64,000 bases of DNA from Hormiphora californensis (Eukaryota; Animalia; Ctenophora): assembly GCA_020137815.1 (NCBI GenBank), contig CM035353.1:7316001-7380000 (forward strand), given 5' to 3'. Within the stretch, counting starts at the first letter, position 1, and every line of letters begins with the position of its first letter. The notes beneath the pieces were generated by a model. That model worked only from the letters and a program-made list of their open reading frames with translations, had not been told where the DNA came from and searched no databases. The translations under genes and the position numbers were made by a program. Below, in pieces: positions 25,793-38,200 of the stretch.

Positions 25793-26232
25793 TTAGAAGA
25801 CATTTAGCTGCTACGAGTTCTGTTTGACAACGAGTATCACTTGGTGCCGGTCGTCTCGTTAAGTTTCGTTTCAAAAGCAGTTTGTTCTATCCCAATGATA
25901 AGTTATACTAGAGAGTTCTATTAGAAAGTAAAGACATAATATAATAATAGGTTATGTTGGGGTTATGTTAAACATAAACATTAACTACAGCTGCCTTTTT
26001 CATGATCTAAATGTTGTGTTTTATCTTGTTCACGCACGACACACACGTCCCATGACACACGACGACGCGAGTTTATATATTTTCTCAATGGATGCTTTGC
26101 GTCCTCGCTCGTGTCACCCAGTCATACTCATAAAATTCCGGTTAATTTTGTTACACGATACAGAGTCAGGGACACAAAAATCAAACCATCAAGGTTCGTA
26201 CTCCTACTTTGGGTCATCTCCTCGTAGCATAA

Positions 26233-27480
26233 TATGATCAGAACATCTACCTTTCCCTAATCTGGATCACCTTCCTCTCACGTATGGATCACATTTCACA
26301 AACCTTAACATGGACCACACTTTTATTTCTCCCTTAACAAGTAAACCTGCAACCAGGAGAAGTGAAACTTACGAATGTTTAAAGTAGGGGATAGTTTCCT
26401 ATGATCAACTTTGAATTAGCCAAAACAGTTAAGTAGTTTGGTGGTTAGACTCTGATTGGGGCCACTGGGGATTCCAAGCTGGTCTCACGCGATATCGTGG
26501 ATTCCGGCATTCAGGAAAACGACAATGATTAGTGTTGTTAATAAAGCTAAATACAGCGATACCAGCTTGGAGGCCACCAGTGGCCCCCACTCCAATTGTC
26601 ATCATGCCACGGACGGTGCAACCGGCCCTTCTATTTAGTATTTAAGGTTGACACAGCAGTGGTTAGACTAACAATGGAGCCATTTTAGTGTATTTTTTCC
26701 CTTTTTTAGTGTAGGATGCTTTTTCGGCAGCACGCACCTGTTTACTTCTAACACCCAGATCGTAAATTTAACGGCGCCCGATACACAACAACCACCCGAC
26801 AGGCGACAACCGGATTTTAGGGAGGAAAGAGAAAAAAACAGCGAAAAAAACGCAGATTTGTGAAACGCGAACGTCGGGTTTGAAACTCAAAAACAACAAA
26901 TCACACCTCGCCGCCCGGACGCGCGTAAAATTATGCGTCGCAATCAACGTAACGCGCGAATCGTGTCTGGATACGCTGCCAAAAATTTACTTTCGTAGCC
27001 CGCGCCCGCGCGAAGAGAAATTTGTCGTCACGCACTTCACAAATTTCACTTTTTTGTCTTGACCTTGCAGGAGAATCTGGTGCATCTGGATGGCTTACGA
27101 CCAGGCCTTACCCCCATTTGGGCTTTGAGCTTAACCAGTTAGAATTTGTTGACTCAATAGCTCTACGATATGGTTTTGAAGCGAAAGATCTAGGCTCAAC
27201 ATGTGCTTGTGGTAAGCCTAATGATACCGATCACACCATGTCATGTGCTAAGGGCGGTTATACAATTCTCAGACACAGGGGCGTCGACACGGGTATGGCA
27301 GGTATGGCAGGTATGGCAGCCGCCATACCTGGAATTCCCAGGCAAGGTATTTTCTGGAAACTTTTTAAAAAAAAACGCTTTAAAAAAAAAAAATTTCCGG
27401 GGCTTTTTCCCCCCCACCAAAAAACCAAGGTTGGCCCTTGGGGGGTTTGGCCCCCCCCCCCCCCTGCCGGGGGCCCCCAA
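26233..27480 (+). repeat. First copy of a ~1.2-kb local duplication (second copy from 28704)
   Basis: Identical ORFs at 26456/29113, 26880/29518 and 27022/29664. The sequence after 27345 degenerates with homopolymer expansions. Confidence 0.9.
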
Positions 27481-27499
27481 ACCCCCTTTTTGGGTGGTT

Positions 27500-28709
27500 G
27501 CTATTTTTCGGGACAATCCGGGCTTTTTAGACCGGGGGCCCAAAAGTTTTGCGTAACCATAATAAGAGCCTTTGTAATTTTTTCCAAACCCCCCAATTTT
27601 TTCCCAAACTTTTTTTCAAAAATGTCCCGAGGGGAATTTTAATTATTAGTCATGGATAATGATCACGGATAACCAATAACCATTGATAATCAGATATATC
27701 TGATACAATCAGGTTCTAGATGCTAATTCGCTCTTTTCTCGGATGTTTTTAAAATCGTCTTATATTTAAGACAGTTATAACTTTAGATATGACTACCAAC
27801 TACAACTGAAAATGCGGCAGTAAGCTTAATTTTATAAAATGAATCTGATTCAATGTTAATTTAGACTCTAAATCGCTTCTTTCTAGGTGTCTTAAATTTA
27901 AGACAGTCATAAATCTAGATATGACTACAAATTATATCTGAAAATACAGCAGTTGACCTACGCTGGCAAAATATATATGATAAAATCATGAGTTATAGTT
28001 TAATTTGCTCTTTTCTAGGTTTTTTTGAAAATCGTCTTAAATCTTAATACAGTCAGATGCCCGTAACTGAATAACCGTAACTCCGATTTGCTTGAAATTT
28101 TGAACGTGTGTTCAAGATGTCAAGGCAACACAACGTACCAAGCGGCGTGTTCGTAGAACGACGGGAAGGTTGTCTAAGACGCCAAACAAAACTTAAGACA
28201 GTCATAACTTTTGTTATGACTGTCCGTTTTCTCTGTCCACGCTTTAATACAAGGTACACCACTAGACCTATCGACTCCCAAAGTTTCATGGTGATAGCTG
28301 TAAAACTGTGGCCTCCATCGTGTACGCAAAAAAGTGGTACAGTCAAGGTAGTTAGTCACGCTAAAAACGGCCATTTTGTCTAAAATACGACCATCTGTAG
28401 CGCAAAAACCGTAACTCCGATTTGCATGAAATTTTGAACGTGTGCTCTAGGTGTCAAGGCAACACGAACTACCAAGCGGCATGTTCGTAGTACAACGGAA
28501 AGGTTGTCTAAAACAAAGTTGAAATTGCCGATTTCAGACAATAAGTATAGTAGCGCTGTCAAAATTTTCAAAAATTTTCAAAATTTTTTTTTTCGCAATT
28601 TCGATTTTCCTTTCACTGGGAGGAAAGATGCTTGCTAGAGGGACATTTTGGGGGAAATGATGGTTGGGGGAAGGGAGGATTGGGCCCCGGGCGCTTGCCA
28701 GCGCTATGA
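27500..28709 (+). mobile_element. Third Helentron-like element between the duplicated copies (5' boundary approximate)
   Basis: 3' end GGGCCCCGG-GCGCTTGCCAGCGC-TATGAT is the reverse complement of the 1307/1610/20723 terminal motif; candidate inverted partner CCGGGGGCCC at ~27532. Confidence 0.5.
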
Positions 28710-28880
28710 TCAGAACATCTACCTTTCCCTAATCTGGATCACCTTCCTTTCACGTATGGATCACATTTCACAAACCTTAACATGGACCACACTTTTATTT
28801 CTCCCTTAACAAGTAAACCTGCAACCAGGAGAAGTGAAACTTACGAATGTTTAAGAATTAAGGTAGGGGATAGTTTCCTA

Positions 28881-29056
28881 TGGAGGCGAGACACTGTGTT
28901 GAGACGCGCACCATTGCGACGCGCATTGCGATGCGCATTTTGGCTTTGCGACGCGCACATGCGCGTCGCAATGCTTAAATGCGCGTCGCAAAGCCAAAAT
29001 GCGAGTCGCAATGCGCGTCGCAATGGTGCGCGTCTCAACACAGTGTCTCGCCTCCA
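28881..29056. mobile_element. Small palindromic MITE present only in the second duplicate copy
   Basis: TA|TGGAGGCGAGACAC...GTGTCTCGCCTCCA|TA; empty site visible at ~26400. Confidence 0.85.
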
Positions 29057-29705
29057 TAAGATCAACTTTGAATTAGCCAAAACAGTTAAGTAGTTTGGTG
29101 GTTAGACTCTGATTGGGGCCACTGGGGATTCCAAGCTGGTCTCACGCGATATCGTGGATTCCGGCATTCAGGAAAACGACAATGATTAGTGTTGTTAATA
29201 AAGCTAAATACAGCGATACCAGCTTGGAGGCCACCAGTGGCCCCCACTCCAATTGTCATCATGCCACGGACGGTGCAACCGGCCCTTCTATTTAGTATTT
29301 AAGGTTGACACAGCAGTGGTTAGACTAACAATGGAGCCATTTTAGTGTATTTTTTCCCTTTTTTAGTGTAGGATGCTTTTTCGGCAGCACGCACCAGATC
29401 GTAAATTTAACGGCGCCCAATACACAACAACCACCCGACAGGCGACAAACGGATTTTAGGGAGGAAAGAGAGAACAGCAGCGAAAAAACGCAGATTTGTG
29501 AAACGCGAACGTCGGGTTTGAAACTCAAAAACAACAAATCACACCTCGCCGCCCGGACGCGCGTAAAATTATGCGTCGCAATCAACGTAACGCGCGAATC
29601 GTGTCTGGATACGCTGCCAAAAATTTACTTTCGTAGCCCGCGCGAATTCGTAGCCCGAGAAATTTGTCGTCACGCACTTCACAAATTTCACTTTTTTGTC
29701 TTGAC

Positions 29706-31030
29706 CTTGCAGGAGAATCTGGTGCATCTGGATGGCTTACGACCAGGCCTTACCCCCATTTGGGCTTTGAGCTTAACCAGTTAGAATTTGTTGACTCAAT
29801 AGCTCTACGATATGGTTTTGAAGCGAAAGATCTAGGCTCAACATGTGCTTGTGGTAAGCCTAATGATACCGATCACACCATGTCATGTGCTAAGGGCGGT
29901 TATACAATTCTCAGACACAGGGGCGTCGACACGGGTATGGCAGGTATGGCAGGTATGGCAGCCGCCATACCTGGAATTCCCAGGCAAAGGTGAATTTCTT
30001 GGGAAAATGCTTTAAAATGCTTGCTTAAACAAAAAAATTTCCGGGGGCTTCGCCCCCTACACCCCCTACACCCCCACCAGAGGCTCCCCCCCCTGGACCC
30101 CGGTTGGGGGGCTGCGCCCCCCAAGCCCCCTGCCGGAGCTCCCTACGCGCCCTCCGGGCGCTCCGGTCGCATATTTGTACGCCACATATACCGGTGCTTC
30201 GCACCGACTGCCTGGCCCGAACCCGTGTCGACGCCCCTGAGACACGATAATATCAGAGACCTTATGGCTGAGATTTGTTCCTATGCCGGCCCCAAAGCTG
30301 TTGAAACCGAAAAGCTTCTGCAACCATGTCCAGATGGTATCCAGTTTCACCCATCGGCAAACACTGCTCCTGACGCACGAATGGATGTGGTTGCACTAGA
30401 CCTGTGGCGTAAATCGCAACTTGCCCACATGGATGTGAGAGTCTTCCATGCCAATGCACCGTCCCATATCAACACGCCCATTGATCAACTCTACCGAAGG
30501 AATGAGTCAAGCAAAAAGCAATCATACGGTAAACGGGTTCGAGAAGTTGAAGGAGGGACATTTTCTCCATTGGTCATGAACACAGCAGGTGGGATAGCTA
30601 ATGAGTTTCACAAAGTCTTGAAGACACTCTCATCCCGAATCTCAGAACGAGGTTACGGTTCTCATTACTGAGGACATGCCTCATAGCCTTGAGAGGAAAT
30701 CGGAGGAAGATCGCCATCGCCAACCTAGCCTGCACTGAGCTTGTTACGTGAATTGAATAAGAAGAGGATAAGAAGAATTATCAAGACCGTGAATTAATTA
30801 ATTTATTGTTCCGTAATCCGTTTATCGGTTTTTTTCTTTTCCTTTTTTGTCACAGATTTTCATTTTTGACCAAACTCGTTAGCAAAAGTTAACACAAGAA
30901 CCGGAGAACCGTACAATGAAGTTATGGCGCACCTGAGGACGAGGCTACGATTCTCCCTCCTGAGATCATGCCTTATTGCATTAAGTGGAAATCGGAGGAA
31001 GATTGCTATCACTAGTCTAACAAATACTGA
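29706..31030 (+). pseudogene. 3' remnant of a CRE-type (restriction-like endonuclease) non-LTR retrotransposon
   Basis: SGWLT..P...GF...EFVDSIALRYG, CCHC knuckle CACG...DH..SC..GG...RH, RMD/DVRV endonuclease core, E..K...Y, FSPLV..TAGG; terminal HLRTRLRFSLLRSCLIAL at ~30930. Confidence 0.8.
29918..30239. mobile_element. hAT-like MITE with 5-bp TSD interrupting the CRE remnant
   Basis: AGACA|CAGGGGCGTCGACACGGGT...ACCCGTGTCGACGCCCCTG|AGACA; removal restores ILRHDNIRD. Confidence 0.85.
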
Positions 31031-31472
31031 ACTGGTGAGAGGAATGAGAAGAACTTGAGGATCCGAGGATGAATTGATCCGAGGATGAATTGATTTATTG
31101 TTCTGCTTTCTGTGTTTGTTGGTTTTATCCGAACAGCACCTCCTTTCTTTTTTCCGCAAAAGTTAAATATAGATGTTTTGAGTGCCAGCACGCACGTTTT
31201 CAAGGGTTAGAGCTAAAGTAGGGCTTAGGCTAGGGCTGGGGTTAGTGTTAAGCCTTAAGACTTCCTAACAGATAAACTTTGAATTAGCCAAAACGTTTGA
31301 GTGGTTTGGTGCCTGGTGGTTAGAGCTATTTTAGTGCAGGGTAACTGGAAGCGTTTGAAAGACAATTTTAAGACATTTTCAATACAACCAAGATCAAGTC
31401 TTTTTTATTAGGAACTGGTGATATAATTGTAATAGTTTGTCACACGCAAATACAACGCCGCACAATCTTTTG

Positions 31473-32912
31473 GGCAGGTCGGTAGAACTTCGACAGAATT
31501 TAGGGCAGGTCAATTTAGGGCAGGTCTGAATTTAGGGCAGCTCTGAATTTAGGGCGGGTCTGAATTTAGGGCAGGTCTGAATTTAGGGCAGGTCAATGTA
31601 GTGCAGGTCTGAATACTCAGAGTGACTGAGAGTTAATCGGATGATAGGTATTTAATGATCTTATGATGGTTGAGAGTAAGTTAGGAGGATACAAATATTT
31701 AGGAATTCTTTGGGGGAGATTTAATATTACAGTCGGACCCGATTTAACGGCACCCTCGGGGGAAAGGGTTTTGTCCGTTAAATCGGGGTGTCCGTTAAAT
31801 CGGGGTAGAGCATATTTGGCCCATAAAACCCTATTTTTGTCCAAAATTCTGTACTAAAAACCTCTAACTGTTAAATGCAATGTCCATGTATTGATTACAT
31901 GATCATTTCTGATTAGAAAAAGAAAGTAATTTCAAAATAATTTCAAAATAAGTTATAAAATTTTTTTAAGGTACTATATCAACCACGTCCGAATCGTTTA
32001 TCGAATCAGTGCATCTTATCGCATGTCTTGCTGCTAATTAGACGAACCGATACGTGATACCATGCCGAATCGGGGCACTTTAAGCGGGGTGAGGAAGAAT
32101 TTGAATTTCAAAATATATTTTTCTCTGAAAATTCATGGGGAGCACCGATCAAAGCATTGACAATCATTCTGTAAAATTTTGCAAAAAAAGTTATGAAAAT
32201 TTTTCAAAGGTATATCAACCACGTCCGAATCGTGTTTCGAATCAGTGCATTTTATCGCACGTCCTGTCGTTAATTAGACGGTTCGAAACGAACCGATACG
32301 TGATCCCCATGAGGCCAGTTTAACAAGCGTCAAAATTGCGATTCGATGGGCCTCATGGGGATCACATATCTGTTCGTTTTAAACCGTCTAATTACCGGCA
32401 AGACATGCAATAAGATGCACCGATTCAAAACACGATTCGGACGTGGTTTCAAAAAAAAATTCAAAAAAAATTTCAAAAATTTTGGGGGAAATTTATCCTG
32501 CCGTTAAATCGGGGTGCCGCTAAATCGGGGGCCGTTAAATCGGGGTCCGACTGTATTTACTTGTTACAATAGTTATTGAGAGATATTAGAAGATAAGAAT
32601 TTGGGTCAATGTTTTAGATGAGTAGGAATAGCGAGAAGCCACGTACAGGGGATTGTGCGACGTGCCGAGAGGAGAAGCTGCGACGTCAGCCTACTCATCT
32701 AAACATTGACCCAAATTCTTATCTTCTAATATCTCTCCATAACTATTGTAACAAGTAAATAATATTAAATTGACCTGCCCTAAATTCAGACCTGCCCTAA
32801 ATTCAGACACGCCCTAAATTCAGACCTGCCCTAAATTCAGACCTGCCCTAAATTCAGAGCTGCCCTAAATTCAGACCTGCCCTAAATTCTGTCGAAGTTC
32901 TACCGACCTGCC
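31473..32912. mobile_element. Foldback element (MULE/Merlin-like) with 18-bp tandem repeats in TIRs and 9-bp TSD
   Basis: AATCTTTTG|GGCAGGTCGGTAGAACTTCGACAG...CTGTCGAAGTTCTACCGACCTGCC|AATCTTTTG; (AATTTAGGGCAGGTCTGA)n. Confidence 0.85.
31730..32553. mobile_element. Tigger/pogo-like MITE nested in the foldback element
   Basis: TA|CAGTCGGACCCGATTTAACGGC...GCCGTTAAATCGGGGTCCGACTG|TA. Confidence 0.85.
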
Positions 32913-33173
32913 AATCTTTTGAATGTGCGGCCCCTGCTGGCTGCCTCTACAGTCTACTGTATTAAGTTAAAAATTCAACTTGATACCACTAAGAATAAAT
33001 AGTGCAAATATTCCGGAAATTGGATTCTGAAATCTAAAAACAATTAAAATCAATCCAACAGCTGGATTGAGGGTTGATTTTAGTTGTTTAAATTATTTAT
33101 AGTTGGATCCCAGCAGTAAATCATTTGGTATGCTATCGGTTTACCAAAAGTATTTCTATCACTCTGTAGCAAT

Positions 33174-34571
33174 ATGACGACTGGAATGTCTTGTTGCGGT
33201 GAAACTGAGGAGCTGAATCAGTCACGATTTCAAGAGTGGAGTTTAGAGAAACAGATTGAAAACCATCCCTCACTCCATCATCTGCCAGACGAGATCATTC
33301 TTCATATTTTCTCTTATCTCCAGCCCGCAGACCGTTTGCAGTGTGGGAAGGTTTGCAGACGGTGGTATAACACATCTCGGGATTCCTTTCAATCAATTGT
33401 GCATGTTTATGTTTCTGAAGATGCTGGTAAGATAATGACAATGGAAACTATCAATGAAATATCTGTTCAAGACGGTTACGCTGATCGAGTATTGGATTTG
33501 GTACATGGTAATGTCAAGGAAGTTGATCTAAGAGGGGGAAATCTGAATTTTACAGTTCTAAAATCCCTTGGAAAGTGCACACAACTCACTTGCTTAGAAT
33601 TGGACAGTGTTACTAGAAAGTTGGCCCGCCAGTTTTCGATTAACACCCCTCCCTTATTGGTCAAACTTACTCTGAGATCTTGTACCGGGCTCGATGAGAA
33701 GTCATTGGAGCTGATGATTTGTAACTTACCACTCCTTTCCCAACTTTATCTTTCTGACAACAAGGAAATCACTGGTAAATGTATTGTCAACAGATTGCAG
33801 ACGAACCGTTTAAAAGAGTTATTTCTCGATTACTGTGACAATATTGTCCCTCGAACGTTTCATCACATTTTGATTTGGTTTCACGATACCCTAGAGGCTC
33901 TGAGCATCCCAGCTCACGTTCTCAAGAGACTTGACCAGCTTCAACCATCACTTCACACCCTTGCAAACCTGAACCACTTGGCAGTAGAAGTCGTTGACAA
34001 ATGGGGCGGTCCGGATGTTGACTACACGAACCAGTTTCGTCACTTCCTGTGTTCAGTACCAAACTTGAAAACTTTGGAGCTGAGTGAAGTTAGGTTTCGC
34101 TTAGATGCTTTGCTGCCGGTAATCTTGGAAAAGAATCAAGGATTGACCCGACTGATTTTTGAATGTCCTTTGAGGACACTAAACTGTAGCAATCTAAACA
34201 TCATTACGAACTTCAAACAACTGAAGGACTTAACTTTGAATGGGGATAAGGTAGCTGAATTTGGTTACAGTTGGTTACCTCAATGTGCCTCGCTAGAGAA
34301 CGTATCATTGCGTCAATCCGCCATTACCGATCGGGAGGTCACAGAGGCTATTCTCACTCTAAAGAATCTGAGAAATATATATCTCGGCTATTGTTCTAAT
34401 ATTGACGGAACATTCCTATACGAATGTCATGAGAGATATAGTACTAACAGTGATGGGAGGCTTAACATCATTTACCCCGATCATCTTCATGTTGACAGTA
34501 CTGAATTTCCCAAGTTCAGAATTTTAAGGTACCCTGGGCACTGGTTGGTGACGCGGTCCCCCCTCCACTAG
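33174..34571 (+). CDS. Intronless F-box/leucine-rich-repeat (FBXL-type) protein
   Basis: F-box LPDEIILHIFSYL...CGKVCRRW followed by cysteine-containing LRRs (LKELFLDYCDNI, LRNIYLGYCSNI). Confidence 0.92.
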   Translation: MTTGMSCCGETEELNQSRFQEWSLEKQIENHPSLHHLPDEIILHIFSYLQPADRLQCGKVCRRWYNTSRDSFQSIVHVYVSEDAGKIMTMETINEISVQDGYADRVLDLVHGNVKEVDLRGGNLNFTVLKSLGKCTQLTCLELDSVTRKLARQFSINTPPLLVKLTLRSCTGLDEKSLELMICNLPLLSQLYLSDNKEITGKCIVNRLQTNRLKELFLDYCDNIVPRTFHHILIWFHDTLEALSIPAHVLKRLDQLQPSLHTLANLNHLAVEVVDKWGGPDVDYTNQFRHFLCSVPNLKTLELSEVRFRLDALLPVILEKNQGLTRLIFECPLRTLNCSNLNIITNFKQLKDLTLNGDKVAEFGYSWLPQCASLENVSLRQSAITDREVTEAILTLKNLRNIYLGYCSNIDGTFLYECHERYSTNSDGRLNIIYPDHLHVDSTEFPKFRILRYPGHWLVTRSPLH

Positions 34572-35106
34572 GGCCGCGCGAAGCGCGGCAAACGAAGCCG
34601 GCACTGGGCCCTGGAAGATCCTGAAGGTGATGATGATGGTAGTATGATAATTGTAAGTGATCCGGAAATGGATATAGATTTAGATGATCGCCCATGATCC
34701 GAATGAAGAGGACTATGACTATGATCCGAATGAAGAGGAGGAGTCCGACTATGATGAAGATCGGAACTCATTCCACAATTGAGTTCTCATTATGTAAACT
34801 TGGGGTAAATGAAAAGTGATGATTATTTGTGATTGTACATGTTGTTGGATATAGTCATTTTTTTAGCCGGTTATTTTAATAAGTTTTTTATGCAAGTGAT
34901 TTTTCAGCTTATTATTATTCAATTCGTTTGATTTAAAGTAAAATGGTACCGAATTTTTCTACAGCTGATTTGTTTCACTCGGAGGTTTTACGGTCATTAT
35001 GGTATCTCAACACAGCATAATAACACCCTTTACAGCCCCCATTAATTAACTTAATAGGAAATTAATTTATCTCTCCTAACATGTTACAGTTTAAATAGCC
35101 AGGACT

Positions 35107-35203
35107 ATGAATCTTGTTGAGTTGGAGAACACGCTAGCGGGGACACTCTCCCCCGACCCAAATATCAGGAAGGCAGCAGAGCTTAATATCAAACGGGTAA
35201 CTG

Positions 35204-35267
<64 letters not shown>

Positions 35268-38200
35268 ACATATTATGCATTGCATAATATGCAATTTACA
35301 GCTGATTATGTATAATTATGTTGACAATAATTAACCTTATTTGTGCCCTTTTGTAACAGGTGGAGCAGGTCCAGGGATTCAGCGTCACTTTGTTGCAGCT
35401 TATGATGAACGATGGTACTCAAACACCCGCTGCACAAGCAGGTAAACTAGGGAACTGGGTTATCGAGATGCTCTTGCGTCTTGCTGTGATATAGGGGTAG
35501 AGGTGGGGCTCTTGCTGTGATAGAGGGGTAGGGATGGGGCTCTTGCGTCTTGCTATGATAGAGGGATAGGGATGGGGCTCTGGGAGGGATATGGGTTGGA
35601 GGGAGATAATATAAAGACAATATATACGCTGTGAGCGGGGGTGCAGTAGGATGGATATACAGAGATCACAAGATCAAGTCTGTCCCCCTGGAGAACTAAT
35701 CAGCTGCCACAATATTTCAGCCTCGATCAACTTCAAGAATGTGATAGTGAAACACTGGAAGGTCCGTGATGACTACTTCTGCATACCTGAACCTGATAAG
35801 GCAGCCATTAGGGACAACTTCTTGGAGTGCATGGTCAAATCAAATACTATGATACGGTTTGTTATATGTTCTAACCCTCCTTTACCGGGGCTCGGTGAAA
35901 CAGGGTCGAGCAAGACAAGACAAGGTAGAGTATGTTCACCCTAACTGCCCGGTACCCCCCTCCAGGGGTAGGAAAACTAGTCGTTACCGTGCACTGTCAG
36001 GACTAAATGTGCAGTTCAAACAAGTCACAACCCCCTCTCTCTCCCGCTCACTAATATATGTGTTCCTTTAGGAAGCAGCTGTGTGTGTGTGCCCAGACAA
36101 TTGCACGGGAGGACTACCCTGAGAGGTGGCGGTCCATCATGGAACAACTTTATCTTAACCTCAGTACTGACTCTGCTGCATCTGCATGGCTCGCCTCCCT
36201 TCTTCTCTTACACCAGGTATCAACGTCATGATGTCATCTTTTCTTCTGCCCATTACAATCAGACACTAAAAGTGTGATATTAAGTATGAAGTGAAAGAGA
36301 TAATATAATTAGGAATCATCTTGTAAAACTATCTCCATGCTCCACTGTATGAAATCTTTGACAGTCTGACTCAGCTCCACTAATATTCGATTAGATTGTA
36401 AAAAAGTACGAGTATAAGAAGCTAGAGGAGCGTGATGGCCTACATGAAGATATGGAGAAGGTCTTACCTGTACTATTTGAAAGGTATAAACCACTCCCTT
36501 TATCCCTCCCCACCTGTACTATTTGAAAGGTATAAACCACTCCCTTTTATCCCTCCCCACCTGTACTATTTGAAAGGTATAAACCACTCCCTTTTATCCC
36601 TCCCCACCTGTACTATTTGAAAGGTATAAACCACTCCATTTTATCCCTCCCCACCTGTACTATTTGAAAGGTATAAACCACTCCATTTTATCCCTCCCCA
36701 CCTGTACTATTTGAAAGGTATAAACCACTCCCTTTTATTCCTCCCCACCTGTACTATTTGAAAGGTATAAACCACTCCCTTTTATCCCTGCCCACCTGTA
36801 CTAAAAGGTATAAACCACTCCCTTTTATCCCTCCCCACCTGTATTATTTTATAGGTATAAACCACTCCCTTTTATCCCTCCCCACCTGTACTATTTGAAA
36901 GGTATAAACCACTCCCTTTTATCCCTCCCCACCTGTACTATTTGAAAGGTAAAAACCACTCCCTTTTATCCCTCCGGAGGGGGGCCCGCGTGAATTTAAT
37001 ATCCATGTCCTAAATAAACACGTCCGACTTTAATGTCCCTGGGACATTAAAGGACATTAAAAGACATTAAAAGACAATAAAAGACATTTAATTAAAACAT
37101 GAATTTTCAGCTATTATTAAACTAAAATGGCGTTTTCAACCACTTAATATTTACTCCTAATGTCCCCTCTATCGATTCCAACCAATACCATAGATGTTGG
37201 GGGTGATTACGCATCATTTTAGGGTGGCCCGGTACCTCGAAGCGAACCCCGGAAATTTTGAAGTTTTGGACTAAATTTCAAGGTTTTCAAGTGAAAATAG
37301 CCCCGATTTTGATGAAACTCAGTCAGAATGGTCTTTGGTGTCTAATTAGAAGTCAAACAATTTTTAAATGCTCACATCCTAAATTTAGGTTTTTCTAGGA
37401 TTTTTAGGTTTTTTTGCTTTTATGGGTTTCAGGAACGTCCTAGAACAAAATAAACAGAACCATCTTTCTCGGCGTGAAATTTTGCATCGATTATAGTGGC
37501 TATAAACCTTTCTATGACGTAAGGTAAAAACCTTTGGTTAAAACATGTGGTAAGGTTTTTTAGGTTTTATTCGTTACACAGACATCGCAGATCAAAATGG
37601 TTTTCACTAAAATGATTTCCGCATCACTACACGTCGATTGAGTACCTATAACATGGTTTTCTGACAAGAGGTTCGCCCGTTAGCCTAAAACATGTACCCG
37701 CCCCTATAACATGTACCCGTTTGGGATTTTTGGGATAACTTCTTAACCTTATGCCATAGAAAGGTTTATAGCCACTATAATCGATCCAGAATTTCATGCC
37801 GAGAAAGTTGGTTTTATTTTGTTCTAGGACGTTCCTGAAACCCATAAACGCCAAAAAACCTAAAAAACCTAAATATCGTAAATTTTGGGTTTGAGCACTA
37901 AAACTTTTTTGACTTCTAATTAGACACCAAACACTATTTTGACAAAATCGGGGCTATTCTCTACTCGTTTCATAAGATGATTTTGAGATATCGTCTAGGC
38001 TAGAATTATGCACATGTAAAAGAGGTACCGCACCCACACTCCACAGCCCACACAAAAGCAAGCCTAATCACCACTGAAAACTAATGAACATTCATTGGAA
38101 TCGAAAGATGGGACCTTTAGTAGTACATTGGTGGTAGATATGTTTCGTAACACATTTTGAAATGGCTTTTGGAAGTTATAATTTAATGTCTTTTAATGTC

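Noticed and set aside
27345-27640. Apparent novel C-terminus of ORF 27022-27642
   Set aside because: Looks like a homopolymer-inflated, low-quality version of 29990-30130.
31204-31260. Telomere-like GGGTTAG variants
   Set aside because: Too short and degenerate to support an interstitial telomere or telomere targeting by the CRE remnant.
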